The notes: generated by a model not told the origin, from the sequence alone. A stretch of DNA of 64,000 nt from Marsupella aquatica (GCA_973895155.1 OZ316895.1:9784184-9848183); one strand, 5' to 3'. Shown: positions 42,340-56,400, counted from the first letter of the stretch. Numbers and translations are program-made.

Positions 42340-42448
42340 TGTTAGACTCTACCTCTAGCCGGATGACCGGACCAGCCGGTCACCAGACATGACTATATGT
42401 ACCACCACTCATGGCTATTCAGATATTCATTCTCATTCAACTCCAACA
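42340..42448 (+). repeat. 5' LTR (109 bp)
   Basis: TGTTAGACTC...CTCCAACA, identical base for base to 49255-49363. Confidence 0.97.
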
Positions 42449-42462
42449 CGTTATCAGCACGA
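42449..42462 (+). other. Primer-binding site complementary to the anticodon arm of tRNA-Ile(IAU) (half-tRNA priming)
   Basis: CGTTATCAGCACGA directly follows the LTR. Its reverse complement TCGTGCTGATAACG matches the tRNA-Ile(AAT) anticodon stem-loop TCGTGCTAATAACG, with G at the inosine position. Confidence 0.8.
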
Positions 42463-44264
42463 GGACTCAGCCAGCGGAGCCAAGAAGAAATGAGAGAATA
42501 GACCATGGAAGATTGTATCTCGGGATGTCAAAGAAATGTCACAAGTGATGATGGCGATCGAATGAAGTGTGGATTTCATTTGATTTCCTTTTCTTTGTCA
42601 GCAACCGCAGCTATAGACCATCTATCATAGGCGCAGCGAGAAAAAGGCCTTCTACGATCCATGCCTTGTGCGAGGAGATAATAGGGACATCGAGACTCGC
42701 GAGCAGAAACGAAACAGAGAAAAGATTGAAAGGAGAATGGACTTTATAACTTATGGACGAATCATAAGGAACATCGTGTAGGCCATAAGATTTATCTTTT
42801 TTTTTCGAAAATCGAAAGGATAGGGGGCGATGAATGCCCGATGTTGTCCGAAAGAAAATTCCGAGAGGGCCAGAAAGAAGGCCGAAGCGAGACGACACGA
42901 GTAGACCCCGAAAAGTGATCGAAAAAAGGAAAGGAGCGAAAAGAGCATAAGAGAAGCGCGAAGGAGATCGGGAATGAAGGAGCAAGCCGCAGCGAGGGAT
43001 CGCCCACCATAAGGCAGCAAAAGGTCGAAAGCAAAGAGAAATCTCTCCAAGAATCTCTGGCTGTACAACAGAAGCAGTAGAGGCGAAAGAGAGATTGAGG
43101 CGCAATCTGAAATTACCACGATTTCAAGGCCGAGCCATGACGGAACGATCTCATAAGGACATCGAAGATCACTTAAGGAGGCAGAAGAGCAGAGCCTAGA
43201 CATAAACGGCAGCCCCCTGGAATTGCAAGTCGAAAACTGAAGGCAGAAATGGAGAGACGGACTTAAGATCGCACACAGCAGAAGGAAGATTAAGAGCGAG
43301 CGAGTATTACAGCATTTAAGAGAGCAGGAGCTACCCAGGATCTGGAGTGTAAGACCAGATGTATTCGAGGATGAATGAAAGACGCCAACGGAGGATTGAC
43401 TGAGATCCCAACCAACGGAGCGCAGGACATGACAAATAGACATGGCGAAATGAGCAATCGAGAGGAGAATTAATGACGATGAGAACAGAAGAGAAGAAGA
43501 AGACATCGATAATCTCATAAGGATCAAAGAAAGCAGGCAGCATCACGACCCCATAAAGACAGGCTGAGCGGAACAATTGAGAGAATCCACAAGAGCAGCG
43601 AAGCAGGAAAAGTGAGAGACGAGAATTCATAAGGACACCGATCCGGACTCATTGGAGGAGAATCGAGAGAGATCGGAAAGTAGCAGCATTCAAGATACTC
43701 ACGACTGCGATAAGAGATTGGAAAAAGAAGCCCGAAAGAAGAGAGTCACAAGTTGAAGCAACTGAGAATAGAGACCCCGGGTGGAAACGACACCTGAAGG
43801 TTGTGCGAGGAGGCACACCAGGAAAGCGCAACATCAGACCACAAAACATCGAGGAAATGTCGAGTCCGATCGAAAAATGCTAAGTGCACGCTCCATAACC
43901 GCACATAACCGCAAAACCCTCGTTAATTGCAACATTCGTCAAAGAGATTTGATTTACAAAGCCGAAAGTGCACTTAACCAAGTCACGAGTAGATACAACC
44001 CATAATTGCAACCCTAAGTGCACAACCGGATAACTGCATAGTTTAACAAAGAAAAGAGCACCTACAAAGGAAAATTTGCAGTTAACCAAATACCAAAGAA
44101 AACCTAAACCATAAGCGCAAACCCTAAAAAGGAATTTCGGATTTGCATGCTCTCTCCACCCAGCTTCACTTTGCATGCCGCAGAAATGTGCTTTGTCATT
44201 CCTTACTATACTTACTAGTATATAAACCTCAACCACACTTAAAAGGAATCAAGCCATCACCCCG

Positions 44265-47200
44265 ATGACCAACCTCGAGAAACTCAACTTTCCAGCCCTA
44301 GACATCGATGGTAGTAACTACCTGGAATGGTCAATGAATCTCAGAGAGAACCTTACCTCGCTAACCCTACTCCCAGCTATAGGGATGGCTCAACCTATAC
44401 TAGCTGGCGAACCCCAACCAGACCCGTTAACTAAAGCCAACGAATCTAAGGCCCTTGTATTCCTTAGACGCCATATCCATAGATTCCTCCAAAGACAATA
44501 CATGCACCTTTCGACTCCTCGCGAACTATGGACAGCGCTCCAGACCCGATTCGACCACCAGAAACTGGTCGAATTACCAAGAGCCAGGCAAGACTGGCTC
44601 AACCTGCGGGTCCAGGACTTTACTTCAATCTCAGCCTACAATAGCGAACTCTTTAGAATAACCTCAACCCTCGCACTATGTGGCGAGCCGGTCACAGACA
44701 AGGATCTGCTAGAGAAGACCTTGTCGACATTTCATTCATCGAATGTGTGGCTATCCACACAGTATCGAAACATGAAGTTCGGGCAATACTCTGAGCTCAT
44801 AGCCCACCTTCTAGTCACAGAGAGAAACCAAGAACTTCTTTTAGTTAACTCTAGAAACGTCCTGCGGGCACACTGCCCTCAGGACAAGAGAATGAAACCC
44901 ACAACATAGAAAATGCTGAACCCTCCACATCGAGGCAAAGCACTAAACGCACTAAGAATAGCAACCGTAGAAACACCCACAACAGGGGGAGTTTCTATAA
45001 CCAACGTCCACCATATAACCCCCAACAAACCTTTCGAGGACGTGGAGGACGTGGTGGACGAGAAGAACAAGGAGGACGAGGAGGACGTGGCAGACGTGGC
45101 GGACGCGGAGGACGCGGCGGCGGTAGAACATATAACAATGATCGCCGAAATGATTGGTCACAATCCCGACAACAACGGGAACGCCCGAAATGCCATGCAT
45201 GTGGCATGACAAACCACCTAGCCAGAAACTGTAGAATCCCGCAACATCTTAAAGAACTATATCAACGGTTCCTCCAGGATGGACAAACCTCAAGGGCACC
45301 ACCCCGTGAAACCCACGGGGCGTTTATGGAGTCTAGTGACCCATTCCAAGACTTTTCAGACCTACCCGCCCAACCCGAGGCACACTTAGTGGCAAGTAGC
45401 TCCACTACACCAGATTTAAATAGTCCAAGCACATGTATTATTGACAATGCGACCACGCATACTATCCTCAGGGATAGGCACCTTTTCCACAAGATTACAC
45501 CCTCACGTAGATCCCTAACCACTATCAATGGCCCTAGCCAAATAGAAGAGGGCTTCGGCCCAGCTTCCATTAGACTCCTGCAGGGCACAGCAATCCACAT
45601 AGAATCTGCTATTTTCGCCCCAAACGCAACCCATAATCTCCTCAGTTTTAGAGATATACGAGCAAACGAACTACATGTCCAGACGGGCGATACCACAGAC
45701 CAGGAAGTGATACACTTGGTTGAAAATACCCCTAGTACGGGGAAAATCATTAAAGAAACATTTTTCTCGTATCCTTGCGGGTTCTATGTAACTCATATTG
45801 AATGCCTGCATAACAATGCTCAAACAAGTGAATTGCCCGCGCTCTGGCATGCACGCCTCGGCCACCCCGGCCAATCAATGCTAAGCAAAATCATTAAGAA
45901 TTCAAGTGGCATTCCAATCAATACACGCCACACTCCAGCGAGCACTCCATGCACTGCATGCTCACGTGGAAAATTAATAACAAGGCCCACGGCATCAAAA
46001 TTGCCAACCAACATACCCAAATTCTTGGAAATAATCCATGCAGATGTTTGCGGGCCAATTAACCCACCAAGCGGACCTTTCCGCTACTTTATGGTATTAA
46101 TCGACGCATCAACTAAATGGTCAAATGTGACCCTGCTTTCAACGAGGAACATGGTTATGCCTCGCATTTTGGCGCAAATCCTGCGCGTGAAAGCACAATT
46201 CCCAGACCACCCCATTAAGACACTAAGAGTGGACAATGCAGGGGAATTTACATCCGAAACATTTGACGACTTTTGCACATCACTTGGCATAGACGTACAA
46301 TATCCTGTACCTCACGTGCATTTTCAGAACGGATTAGCTGAAGCGGTCATTAAACACCTTCAGTTAATCGCACGCTCACTACTAATGCAATCGAAACTTC
46401 CAGTCTCAGCATGGGGACATGCCATATTACAGGCTAATGCATTAATTCAATACCGCCCATCGGCTTTTAATACCTATAGCCCATATCAAATTGCCAATGG
46501 TATAAAACTTGACTTATCCCACCTTCGTTCATTTGGATGTCAAGTAATGGTCCCCATTACTCCATCCAAATGAACCAAGATGGGACCCCAACGACAGTTG
46601 GGGATATACATCGGATTCGACTCACCGTCCATAATCCGATATATGGAACCTACAACTGGCGATATTTTTAAATCTAGATTCATCGATTGTCATTTCGATG
46701 AACATGTTTATCCACCGTTAGTAACCCCTGAACACCCACAACCACCTTTGGAGTGGGAAAGACATTCACCATTTTGGCAAGACCTTAGAACCAATCAAGG
46801 GGAGAAAGAAGTTCAGCGAATTTTGCAACTCCACAAGATTGTGGAAGAACTTCCAGACGCTTTTGTCGATACATCACAAGTTATCCGCTCACATATTCCA
46901 GCTGCGAGAGCATCTGCTCGCATCGAATTATCAAGTGAGCCAGCAAACACATCCCAGCCACATGCCAAACGTGGCAGACCCTTGGGATCAAAGGATAAAC
47001 AACCAAGAAGGCATGGTTCATCTATACCACCTTCACCTGATGTCGATCATACCAAACCTACATCTCATGAAGAGATCTCTATCCACTACGCACACACAGG
47101 TGCAATGTGGGATAGAAATACTACTTCAATAGATGATGCTTTTGCATTAATGGTGGCAACACATATCACTGACGATACACCCGAACCAATATCTATCTTA

Positions 47201-48943
47201 GAATGCCAAAACAGACCAGATTGGCCTGAATGGCAAAAAGCTATAAATGGAGAATTAGATTCCCTACTCAGCAGACACACTTTTGGCCCAGTCGAGCCAA
47301 CACCACAAGACGTACACCTAATTGGCTACAAGTGGACATTTGTTCGCAAAAGAAATGATAAAGGCCAAGTTGTACGCTATAAAGCACGTCTGGTAGGGAA
47401 AGGATTTACCCAACAACCGGGAATTCATTACGATGAAACTTACTCACCGGTTATGGATAGCACAACATTCCGATATCTTATCGGATTTGCCATTTTTCAC
47501 CAACTACAAATGCGACAATTAGATGTTGCAACTGCATATTTATATGGCACTCTAGACACTTGTCTATACATGCGATCACCTCCCGAGTTGGAGCAACGTC
47601 GCCGAGCTTTAGCTCAAGGCGCTAAATCGCATATCCCATATCTACATAAGATTATAACACAATTATCTCAAGTTACACCTCATGTGTCATCTACACATGT
47701 AACTCATAATAACGACACCGCTGTGTCAAACATACGGAATACTCGCCGCGGACTAGCTATCCGTGTGTTGAAGGCACTCTATGGCCTGAAACAAAGTGGC
47801 AGAGTATGGTATCAAAGATTTACTGATGAAATGATTGCCATGGGTTTTTCTCATGATGCCATTACACCATGTTTATTTATTAAACATGTGAATGATAAAT
47901 ACGTCATCGTTTCCATTTATGTTGATGACTTAAATATATTTGGGACACCCCAACTTACAGAAGATACTATTACCAGTCTTAAATCAACATTTGAGATGAA
48001 AGACCTTGGACATACAAACTTTTGCTTAGGATTACAACTGGAGATCTTACCTACTGGTATGATACTCCATCAAACTACACAAACTGAAAAGATCCTAAAA
48101 CAATTCAATATGAACCTAGCACACCCATTGACATCACCTATGATTGTACGTTCATTAGAAAACACCACTGATATTTTTCGCAAGCGCGAAGAACATGAAC
48201 CCATATTAGGACCAGAAACTCCATATCTTTCTGCAATAGGAGCATTAATGTACCTAGCAAATCAGACTAGACCAGACATTGCATTTGCAGTTAACTTACT
48301 AGCTAGACATAGTGCAACTCCCACAGCCAGACACTGGAACGGAGTTAAGCACGTATTTAGGTATCTCCGTGGCACCACCGATATAGGATTATTTTACCCA
48401 TTCGGTGCAAACCACGAACTCATCGGATACGCGGATGCCGGATATCTTTCCGACACTGATACCGCAAAATCCCAAACTGGATATGTCTTTACCATAGGGG
48501 GTATCGCTTTTTCTTGGAAAAGCGTGAAACAGACCCTAACAGCAACCTCATCGAATCACTCAGAAATCTTAACTCTACATGAGGCTAGTCGTGAAGCCGT
48601 TTGGTTACGATCCTTTATAAACCACATCAACACCAAATGCGGCCTACCACCACTAACGAAGCCTACTAACATTTTTGAGGATAACGCAGCATGTATACAG
48701 CAGATCACGAAAGGATTCATCAAAGGCGATCGCGTGAAGCATATAGCTCCAAAGTTTTTCTACACCCACGAATTACATGGAAAAGAGATCAACATTTTAC
48801 AAATTTCAAGTGCAGACAACTGTGCAGATCTCTTCACCAAATCACTACCACCATTAGTTCATCACCGACACTGCCAGGGGATTGGACTGCGGAGCGTGCG
48901 ACGCATGATGACCGTGGAAGCTGCTACTCCACATGACGATTGA
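44265..48943 (+). pseudogene. Disrupted gag-pol polyprotein of the copia element
   Basis: Gag (ALDIDGSNYLEW) shifts frame at about 44853 into an RGG-rich linker and zinc knuckle CHACGMTNHLARNC. Then protease IIDNATTHTIL, integrase WHARLGHP, HADVCGP, VDNAGEF and QNGLAE, an in-frame TGA at 46571-46573, RT LYGLKQSGR and YVDD, and RNase H YADAGY, EDNAAC and ADLFTK. Confidence 0.93.
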
Positions 48944-49245
48944 TGCTGTTGATGACATGATGCTGACAACCTACTGTTGAGACAAATATTAAAACTAGAT
49001 TTACTATAGCATCTGACTTTATTTAATATTGACATTCATTACGACGAGGACTGTTAGGCTGCACTCTTTTTCCTTTAGCACTCATATTTTTCTCTGCTAC
49101 ACTGGTAGAGTTTTTACTAAGCTAGAGTTGATAAAGGTTTTTTAACGAGGCAGTCTACCTTGCTTGTACTTATATCATGTATTTTCTATGAACATGATAT
49201 AATAGGTATAGTCTATGTTATCTATATAGTTGTTCCTATATATCC

Positions 49246-49254
49246 AAAGGGGAG
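49246..49254 (+). other. Polypurine tract
   Basis: AAAGGGGAG immediately 5' of the 3' LTR. Confidence 0.85.
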
Positions 49255-49363
49255 TGTTAGACTCTACCTCTAGCCGGATGACCGGACCAGCCGGTCACCA
49301 GACATGACTATATGTACCACCACTCATGGCTATTCAGATATTCATTCTCATTCAACTCCAACA
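49255..49363 (+). repeat. 3' LTR (109 bp)
   Basis: Identical to 42340-42448 and followed by TSD CTCTA. Confidence 0.97.
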
Positions 49364-50451
49364 CTCTAATGAATTGACTTTTAGATGAGGTTTCAAGATT
49401 TACTAGATTATCTTTTATTGTTTACCTAAATCCATTCTTTGACACTTTACTTTACTTTACTTTACTACCGTTAAACAAACAAACTACAGTTAGCTTGAAA
49501 CATTTTGACAATCACCATCTGGTCTGGTTATACCACTGAATGGTCTTCGATGTCCTCTAACATGTGGTCTGGTTTCACTACTGAATGGTCCTCCATGTCA
49601 TCTACAACACCCTTTCCAACCCTCAACATTTGGTTGAGCCTCTTACTTTGGTCCTGCCCCCCCCCCCCCCCCCCCTGGTTGACTAGCCCACTCCCCATCT
49701 GCCCTAAGGTGAGAGAACTGTTAAGGTTAACTTGAAGACTATGATGATTGTTTGATGATGAAATACCCCCAAGATGATGACAGTTGGATCACTCCAAATT
49801 GTTCGAAGTTACTATGTTGAACCAACCGTGAAAGAAGGTGGCAATATAGTAACTAAAACAAGCGGCAAAGCATACGATTTAACAAAAATGAGTGACAATG
49901 TAGTATGGCATCTCAAATCGGTTGTTTTCCTTTTTTCGATCAGCCTCTTCAGGAAATCTCTGTCCATGGCCTTGACCGAAACCCCACTTCTTTCAAACTT
50001 TACCCTCGGCTTTTTTGGTTTGAGAAAGGTCGCTCACTACGTAATTTAAAAGTCAAATTCTTGAATTTGGTCATTTTTCTGAAGTATTCACAAATCTATT
50101 TCTGGTGTCGATGCGGGTGCAAGGACAGCCCAAGAGAGTGGCGGTAGCCTTTAGGGGACGAGCAAATTTCCTGTCATCTGAAAACTCCAAGGAACAGCTG
50201 GTTTGAGAGACTTTAGTAGTAAATCTCAGAAGGGAGGGAGAGGTCGGATCTGATCTAGAGCCAGCTCATATACCCATAAGAGTGTCCACAGCCTCTTTTC
50301 CATAGAGCTCTCTCTGTCCAGACGCTCACACACACTCTCATGAGGTTTCCTCTCTGTACAGAGCTTCAATTGCTCCTCTTGCTTACGCAGTCCTGACTAT
50401 GCCCGTGGGCTACATCCTTTGAGCTTGTGATCATCAATCTGGTCACCAGCC

Positions 50452-53400
50452 ATGGAATATGGGCCGGTCCGTGAAATAGAGGGAGATGCAGTGTCCGATC
50501 CCGATATAATCCGAGAATTGGAGGCTTGTAACCTCCCAGCGGTACAGAGTAGAGCTTGCGCCGATTCCTTTCAATTCCGTGTTTATTCATCTGTTGTCAT
50601 CCTCCATTCAAATTCCTATAGTTCGTTCATAGAGTAATCTCTGCCAAGAATTGGCATTTTCTTTTCTCTTTCGCTGTTTAAGATCTGCTAGGTCAAGGGT
50701 GTCCGTTACATCCACGGAAATGACTTCCCCATGCGTTGTCTGGGTTGGGTAACATTGGTTCTCTCTGGACACGAAAGTAAATGATGATTTCACAATTTAG
50801 AATATTTTTCAGTAAAAGAATTGGATAAATGACTCGAGTTTTTGAAGTATTTATTATTGCAAGTGTCTATCGCCAGGTTTTCATCCGTGGAGTGGCAAAT
50901 TGGCCAGCAATATCGCGTTGGGATCCAGCAAACGGTGGCCTTCATCATCTAAAGGTAGGGGAAGTTAGTGCAACTTCGTCCCGTAAACAAAGCAGATCCT
51001 CTTATACAAGCACACCTCAATATCCAACATTGGAAAGTTTCACCACAAGTAATAAAATTCTATCATTTCTTGGTATTATCAAAGGCTTGCTGGAGATGTT
51101 CATCAAAAGTTCTGCAGAGGCGACGCCTTGGTAATCATGAATTCCACGTTCCTTGCCCTAGACTTCATGAAGGGCAGTTTTGATATTTTTTCATTTCACG
51201 GTCTGTTCTCATATTGAGCATAATCGTTCTGGCCCCAGGCCTGGAGTTTATGTCAGTCTGAAGGACTTCTTACAGGTCCATAAGCTCTCATTTGCTCCTT
51301 GCAGAATTTGGCAGGCTCAACAACTGTGCAAGCAATGACATCTAATTCAGGTTCTGCCTTTTATGGCCATATAAGAGGCCATGACCGAGTTAAGTATGGT
51401 GGTCCACTTTCATGCTGGTGTCCCTTCCTTCCAGTGTAAATTCTACCAGGAGACCAAGAGGCAGTAGTACTTGTTTCTCTGCCCTGTTTGCTTTTCAAAT
51501 TGTCAATTTGAATGTTCATGCCTGGGCAAATTTAGGATACTCATAGGAGAGCATCTCTGCTTTCTCTTTTCACGGTCAGACTGTCCTCGTGAAGTCAACA
51601 TCATCACTTGGCCAAGAGACTCTTGATTCGAGATCTGAGATCTTTTGTGGTAACAGAGTGTTTAAGATCTCACGAACTCCGTAGTTTGTATAGCATAGCG
51701 TTTGGAGCTCTTGCTAACGTTTGTTAGTTGTTTACTCCTTCAGGTAGCAGTCTCATTCGGTGGGTTTATAGATGGGATAACATCAGGGGTCACTGGATAT
51801 GGCTCACGTCCTCCACTAGTAACAGAGGGAAATGACGCTTTGATTCCAGTGAGTGGCATGCCCATTGACATGGTTGAGTCACACGCTGAAAACAAAAGAC
51901 GGGAAGGTGAGCAAGCACTGGAACATAGAGCGCTTGGTCAACAGCTTTACTTGGCACAGGTTTGTATGAACAAGGAATCTTCTCTTAGACATGTATGTCC
52001 TTGCAAACCAATAGTTTTTATTTGTCCTTCCAATAGTGGCTTTCGATTTCGTTTCAACTTATGCCAACGACTCTAACTAATACAATCTTGGGTGCCTTGG
52101 GTCGAAGTCACGGTCTCAAAAGTGAGACAACGAAAAGGCAATAAAACAGGAAGTTGTATGCCCGTTGCAAGGCTAACTGGAAAATTCACATTTTCTTGCA
52201 AGGTTCCGATATGTTGCAAGGAAGCTTTGCAAGAGACGACTTTGTCACCAGTGATGCAAGATATAGAAACGGTAGGGCATGGAGTTTTATGTGCCCATAT
52301 GGCACCTCCTGTCAGATAGTGGATACTTTTTTACGAAAGTTCTTTGTTGCTATCAGTACCCATGCACCGCGTGCGGAGTCGTGGCCCTCCAGCTGTGACG
52401 TAACATACGATCAGTCCGGGAGGAAAATTCGTTTCTACAGTTTCTTCTCTTTATTTCGTGAATAGAGTTGCCTAGTTAGCCTTTTCTCCAAGCCCTAATC
52501 AGAGATCTGTAAGTGGGTGCTTAGACAGAGCCTAAAAGTGTAAATAAAAATAACGAGTAATAATAGCTGTCTGTCTTTTCTTGCATATTGTACCTTGGGT
52601 AAACTGCACATGAAAGCTCTGGAAAGGTTGGGTTCATAGTGCCAGTGTCTTTCTATTGCATTATTTTGTTTCTCAAAGCTTGGTTCCTACTTCCTCGTCA
52701 CAGCAAGTGCATCTCCTTCGCGATGTTAACAGATTGAAGAGGAAGACTGGTAGGATAATCTTTTTGTTAGATTACTCTGGCTCGCTATTACTATAACAAT
52801 TGGAATTGAACTTGCAGCCTCTGCTCTTGGAAACTAACCGAGTCTCAGACATCAACCTGTGGATGAGCATGACTGATTCACGATCAAGCACCCATTATGA
52901 TCCTTATCATAATCTCCTGTGTGTTGTAGCAGGAAAAAAAAGAGGTTTGTCCATCTGTTCCTCATTGGAAGACTAGCATGGGTCTGGAACTGAAAAGCCA
53001 TTGGGTCTGTCTCACAGATTTTCAACTTTGGCTGTAGTTATAATTTTTTCTGTGCAGATTGTTTTTAAAAGTGAGTCTTGAAATACGAGCCTTGCTTCTT
53101 TTCTCTAGCATAATATATAATTCGCCCTGCGGAGTGAACGTTTCCCAGAGTCCTTGCTTGACAAACCTGACAGAGACGAGGAATACTGGAATTGGCTATG
53201 CTGTTTGTTCACTCTCGTTTACTCGAACACGACCTGACACAGCTTTTGGACCGGAAACAGTGGACTTGCAACAATTTATTTCAATTAATCTTAAATCAAA
53301 GAATGTGTGGAAGAGGTTGGCAATGGGCAGTCAAGGCTAAGAAGTGACTTTATGCAATGTCAGTTACCGTCATATGTTTCTTTCGTGATCGGCAGAGTTC

Positions 53401-56400
53401 ACCTCGTAATCAAATAATGAATTTCACCGAAAAATAAGGAAATCCTTACATTTTGCCGGCCGTTTCAAGCGTTTCTTTCTTTCGTATATCCGCCATGTTA
53501 CGAAGCACGCCCCGGTCATCGTGATAATCACAATTGTTGGTGATCTATGCAGTAACATTATGGCCTCCTTCTGCAGCACCCCTGTTATACCCTCTACCGA
53601 TCAATGGGGAGGCCTCTAATCACAGGTGAGTTCCGTAGAAGTGGCAGCCCGAGGCAAACTGAAGAAAACCAATGGAAACTTGTGAGATTGATGAGAAGTG
53701 AGCAATTATCTATATCTAATGTTGAGTAAGGTTGGCATCATCGTGATTATTTTACTGTGTGTCAATTGCAAAGATTTAGACTTCAGCTTTAATGTCGTGA
53801 ATGTGATGCGACTTCATTTGACAGTAAAGATGGGACATTGCAGTGGAGTTGATTTCGTACATCCAGATTACAAAACCCATCCACTGTTTCATAAGGCACT
53901 TTCTGTGGCCCAGCTAGTAATTCTGCATCCGGGTGATGCCTTGTTCATTCCTGAAGGGTGGTATGTATCCCAGGTCATGCTCCCTTTGAAGCCTCGTCTA
54001 GTTTCTGGAGCATAGAACGTTTATTATGAAACGTGGTCATGTAAGAGAACTTGGATTATTTGCATCAGCGGTCACAAAAATCAATACTGGTTAACCAGAT
54101 CAACAAGATCGACTGATTACTTTCTCGGGTTCTCTCCTGAACAGGTATCACCAGGTGGACAACTTTGGAATCACCATAGCTGTGAATTTCTGGTGGCCTT
54201 CAAGTCCGTCTCTGGCTTTGGGCACCCATATGGATGCATACTTCTTGCGACGTCTTCTTGTTAAGTACGTACATTTCCACCTTTTTGCCATTCTATGGGG
54301 TATGAGCTTGTGAGTCCCTGCAACGGTAACTTTTGAACTTTGTCGAAAGGGAGAATCTTCCACAAATTGAGGTGCTTATAATTTGATTTTTGATTTATTT
54401 TCTCTTGTGTCACCTCAATGATAGTCAACCCATTTGAACATTCTGGACCAACTGGATCGAAAAGAATCATTGATGAATGTCCTTGTCATGTTTCCAATGG
54501 AGTCAATCCTTCATTGAAAATTCACTAACACTTAATTCTTTCATGCTTCTTTGGGACCTGGTACTTGTCTGACCATCATCACTTTTGTCATCAGCCTTGT
54601 GGATCAAGAGAAGGTACTATAAATCTTTGAATGAGTGGCTTACGCTTATTTAGATGTTTACAAACAATGTTCTTTTTTTATCGTTTTTTGTCATTTCAAT
54701 GTTTTAGAAACAGCTCAATTATTTTTCTATTGTAGGTTAAGTGCAAAGTGGTCTGTTTTCCATGCGAATATGAAATCCATATAATGAAAATTTAGCACAC
54801 TTGACAGTCACTGTCTTACAAATATGATGAGCAGTCTCTTGGCTTACACCAGAATTTTCTCCAACATCTATCTAAGAATAATTAGTGAGCTTAGCCAAGT
54901 ATCCAAACTAATACCACCCCTACCCTGATTTAAAGTGGACAGAGATCTCAACCACACAAGCACTTTTCCAAATTTCATAGTGGATGAGAATTACGAATTG
55001 TGTGAGCCAATTCCATACTAACATTTTAAATTTACCCCCGTTTGGCAGGATCGCTTGCTGGGAAAAGATCTGTTTCAACAGAAAAAACAACGCCCACTGC
55101 TCAATGGAACAGCTGACAATTCAGTCGCAGGACCAATTTTGGCGCCCAAGGATGCTGATCGTGGGGAAATGTCCTTGCATACTATAGACGTGTCACAGGA
55201 GATGAACTCTAAGAATGCTGATAATGAACAGTCGACGGAGATTATGGCTCCTGCACTGAGTGGCACCAATAAGTCACCAAAGCAGTCAGTGAAATTGGAA
55301 GACTTGACTGCACTGGAGACTTACAATCTAAATTGTCTCGTGGAAAGTTTGTCTAGGAATTCTGCTGGGACACCTGCCGTGGTATGTAAAGGAAGCCACT
55401 CAGCAATCCGGCTAGAACATGGCAGGGAAACACCCGGCCACTGGATTAGTTCTGACTCTTCTGAAGTACACCAAAACAACAAGGAGATACCGTGTGAAGG
55501 AGTTTCAGGCCACCTACAAACAGATCCAATTGCTAGAATATTCTCTGCCTCGACAGCTGTGTCCCTTCAGCGTATTTTTCTAGTCATGGCGGTACGTAGT
55601 TTTTACCAGAAATTTCATTTGGAAATGTTTTAGATCTGTAAAAGGCAGGGCTAGAACAAACTGTCACAACTCACCGTCCTGTTTCTTGGTAACTACCTTA
55701 GAGGAGGGATACACGTAATTTCCATCCTTGTGAATCTGCAATCCCAGTTGTCCGATAGCAAACATCTTGTACAACTTCACCTCGTAGGTGCATTGCTACT
55801 ATCACTAAGAAAAGAGTTCTGATTATACCTCTGTCCAACAAAAATATCGATGGTTGGAGTCGTAAAGTCGGAGTGAAGGATCGAATTTATCAATTGTCAC
55901 GAGACAAGGCTGTTCGTCTGCAACGACTGCTCAGCGAGATTGAGATTTTCATTGGGCTTCTGATCTAAGCCAGTAGACACGTGCTAAATTACTCATTTTC
56001 TTGCTTTGCAGAAGCATTTTCCACGAATGCTGGAGACTCTAATGCTAACAAGTCTTTCACCCTCCGCTGCTGAAATTCTGACGAGGAAGTTTGAGGAACT
56101 CGATGCTTCGACAGAAGAAAGCTCACAGTGAGTGCTTTCTGATAATCTACTCTCTGCTCCTTATCTTATGTTGGTTGGGATTCGTGGTCTTGAAAATTAA
56201 TGCATTCAAAACGGACGTGTGAAGATTGTACCAAATTTGTCCCACTTCAGACTGTCATCAAAGGAAGGAGTGTCTCGGATCACAACGGTTGGGGTTTGTT
56301 TGATGTCGAATCTTTTCTGGCGTGGCTCTTTTTTTAAGCCGGTGCAGGTCCAAAATTTTCGTCTCGGCTTGAATCGATGGCCAGCACATGTGACCCTTCC

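Larger units (their letters stand above)
42340..49363 (+). mobile_element. Full-length Ty1/copia LTR retrotransposon, Bianca-like (7024 bp)
   Basis: Identical 109-bp LTRs (TG...CA), TSD CTCTA (42335-42339 and 49364-49368), PBS, PPT and gag-PR-IN-RT-RH order. Confidence 0.97.

Noticed and set aside
44913-45209. Acidic 98-aa ORF (EDVEDVVDEK...) inside the retroelement
   Set aside because: Off-frame reading of the RGG-rich gag linker.
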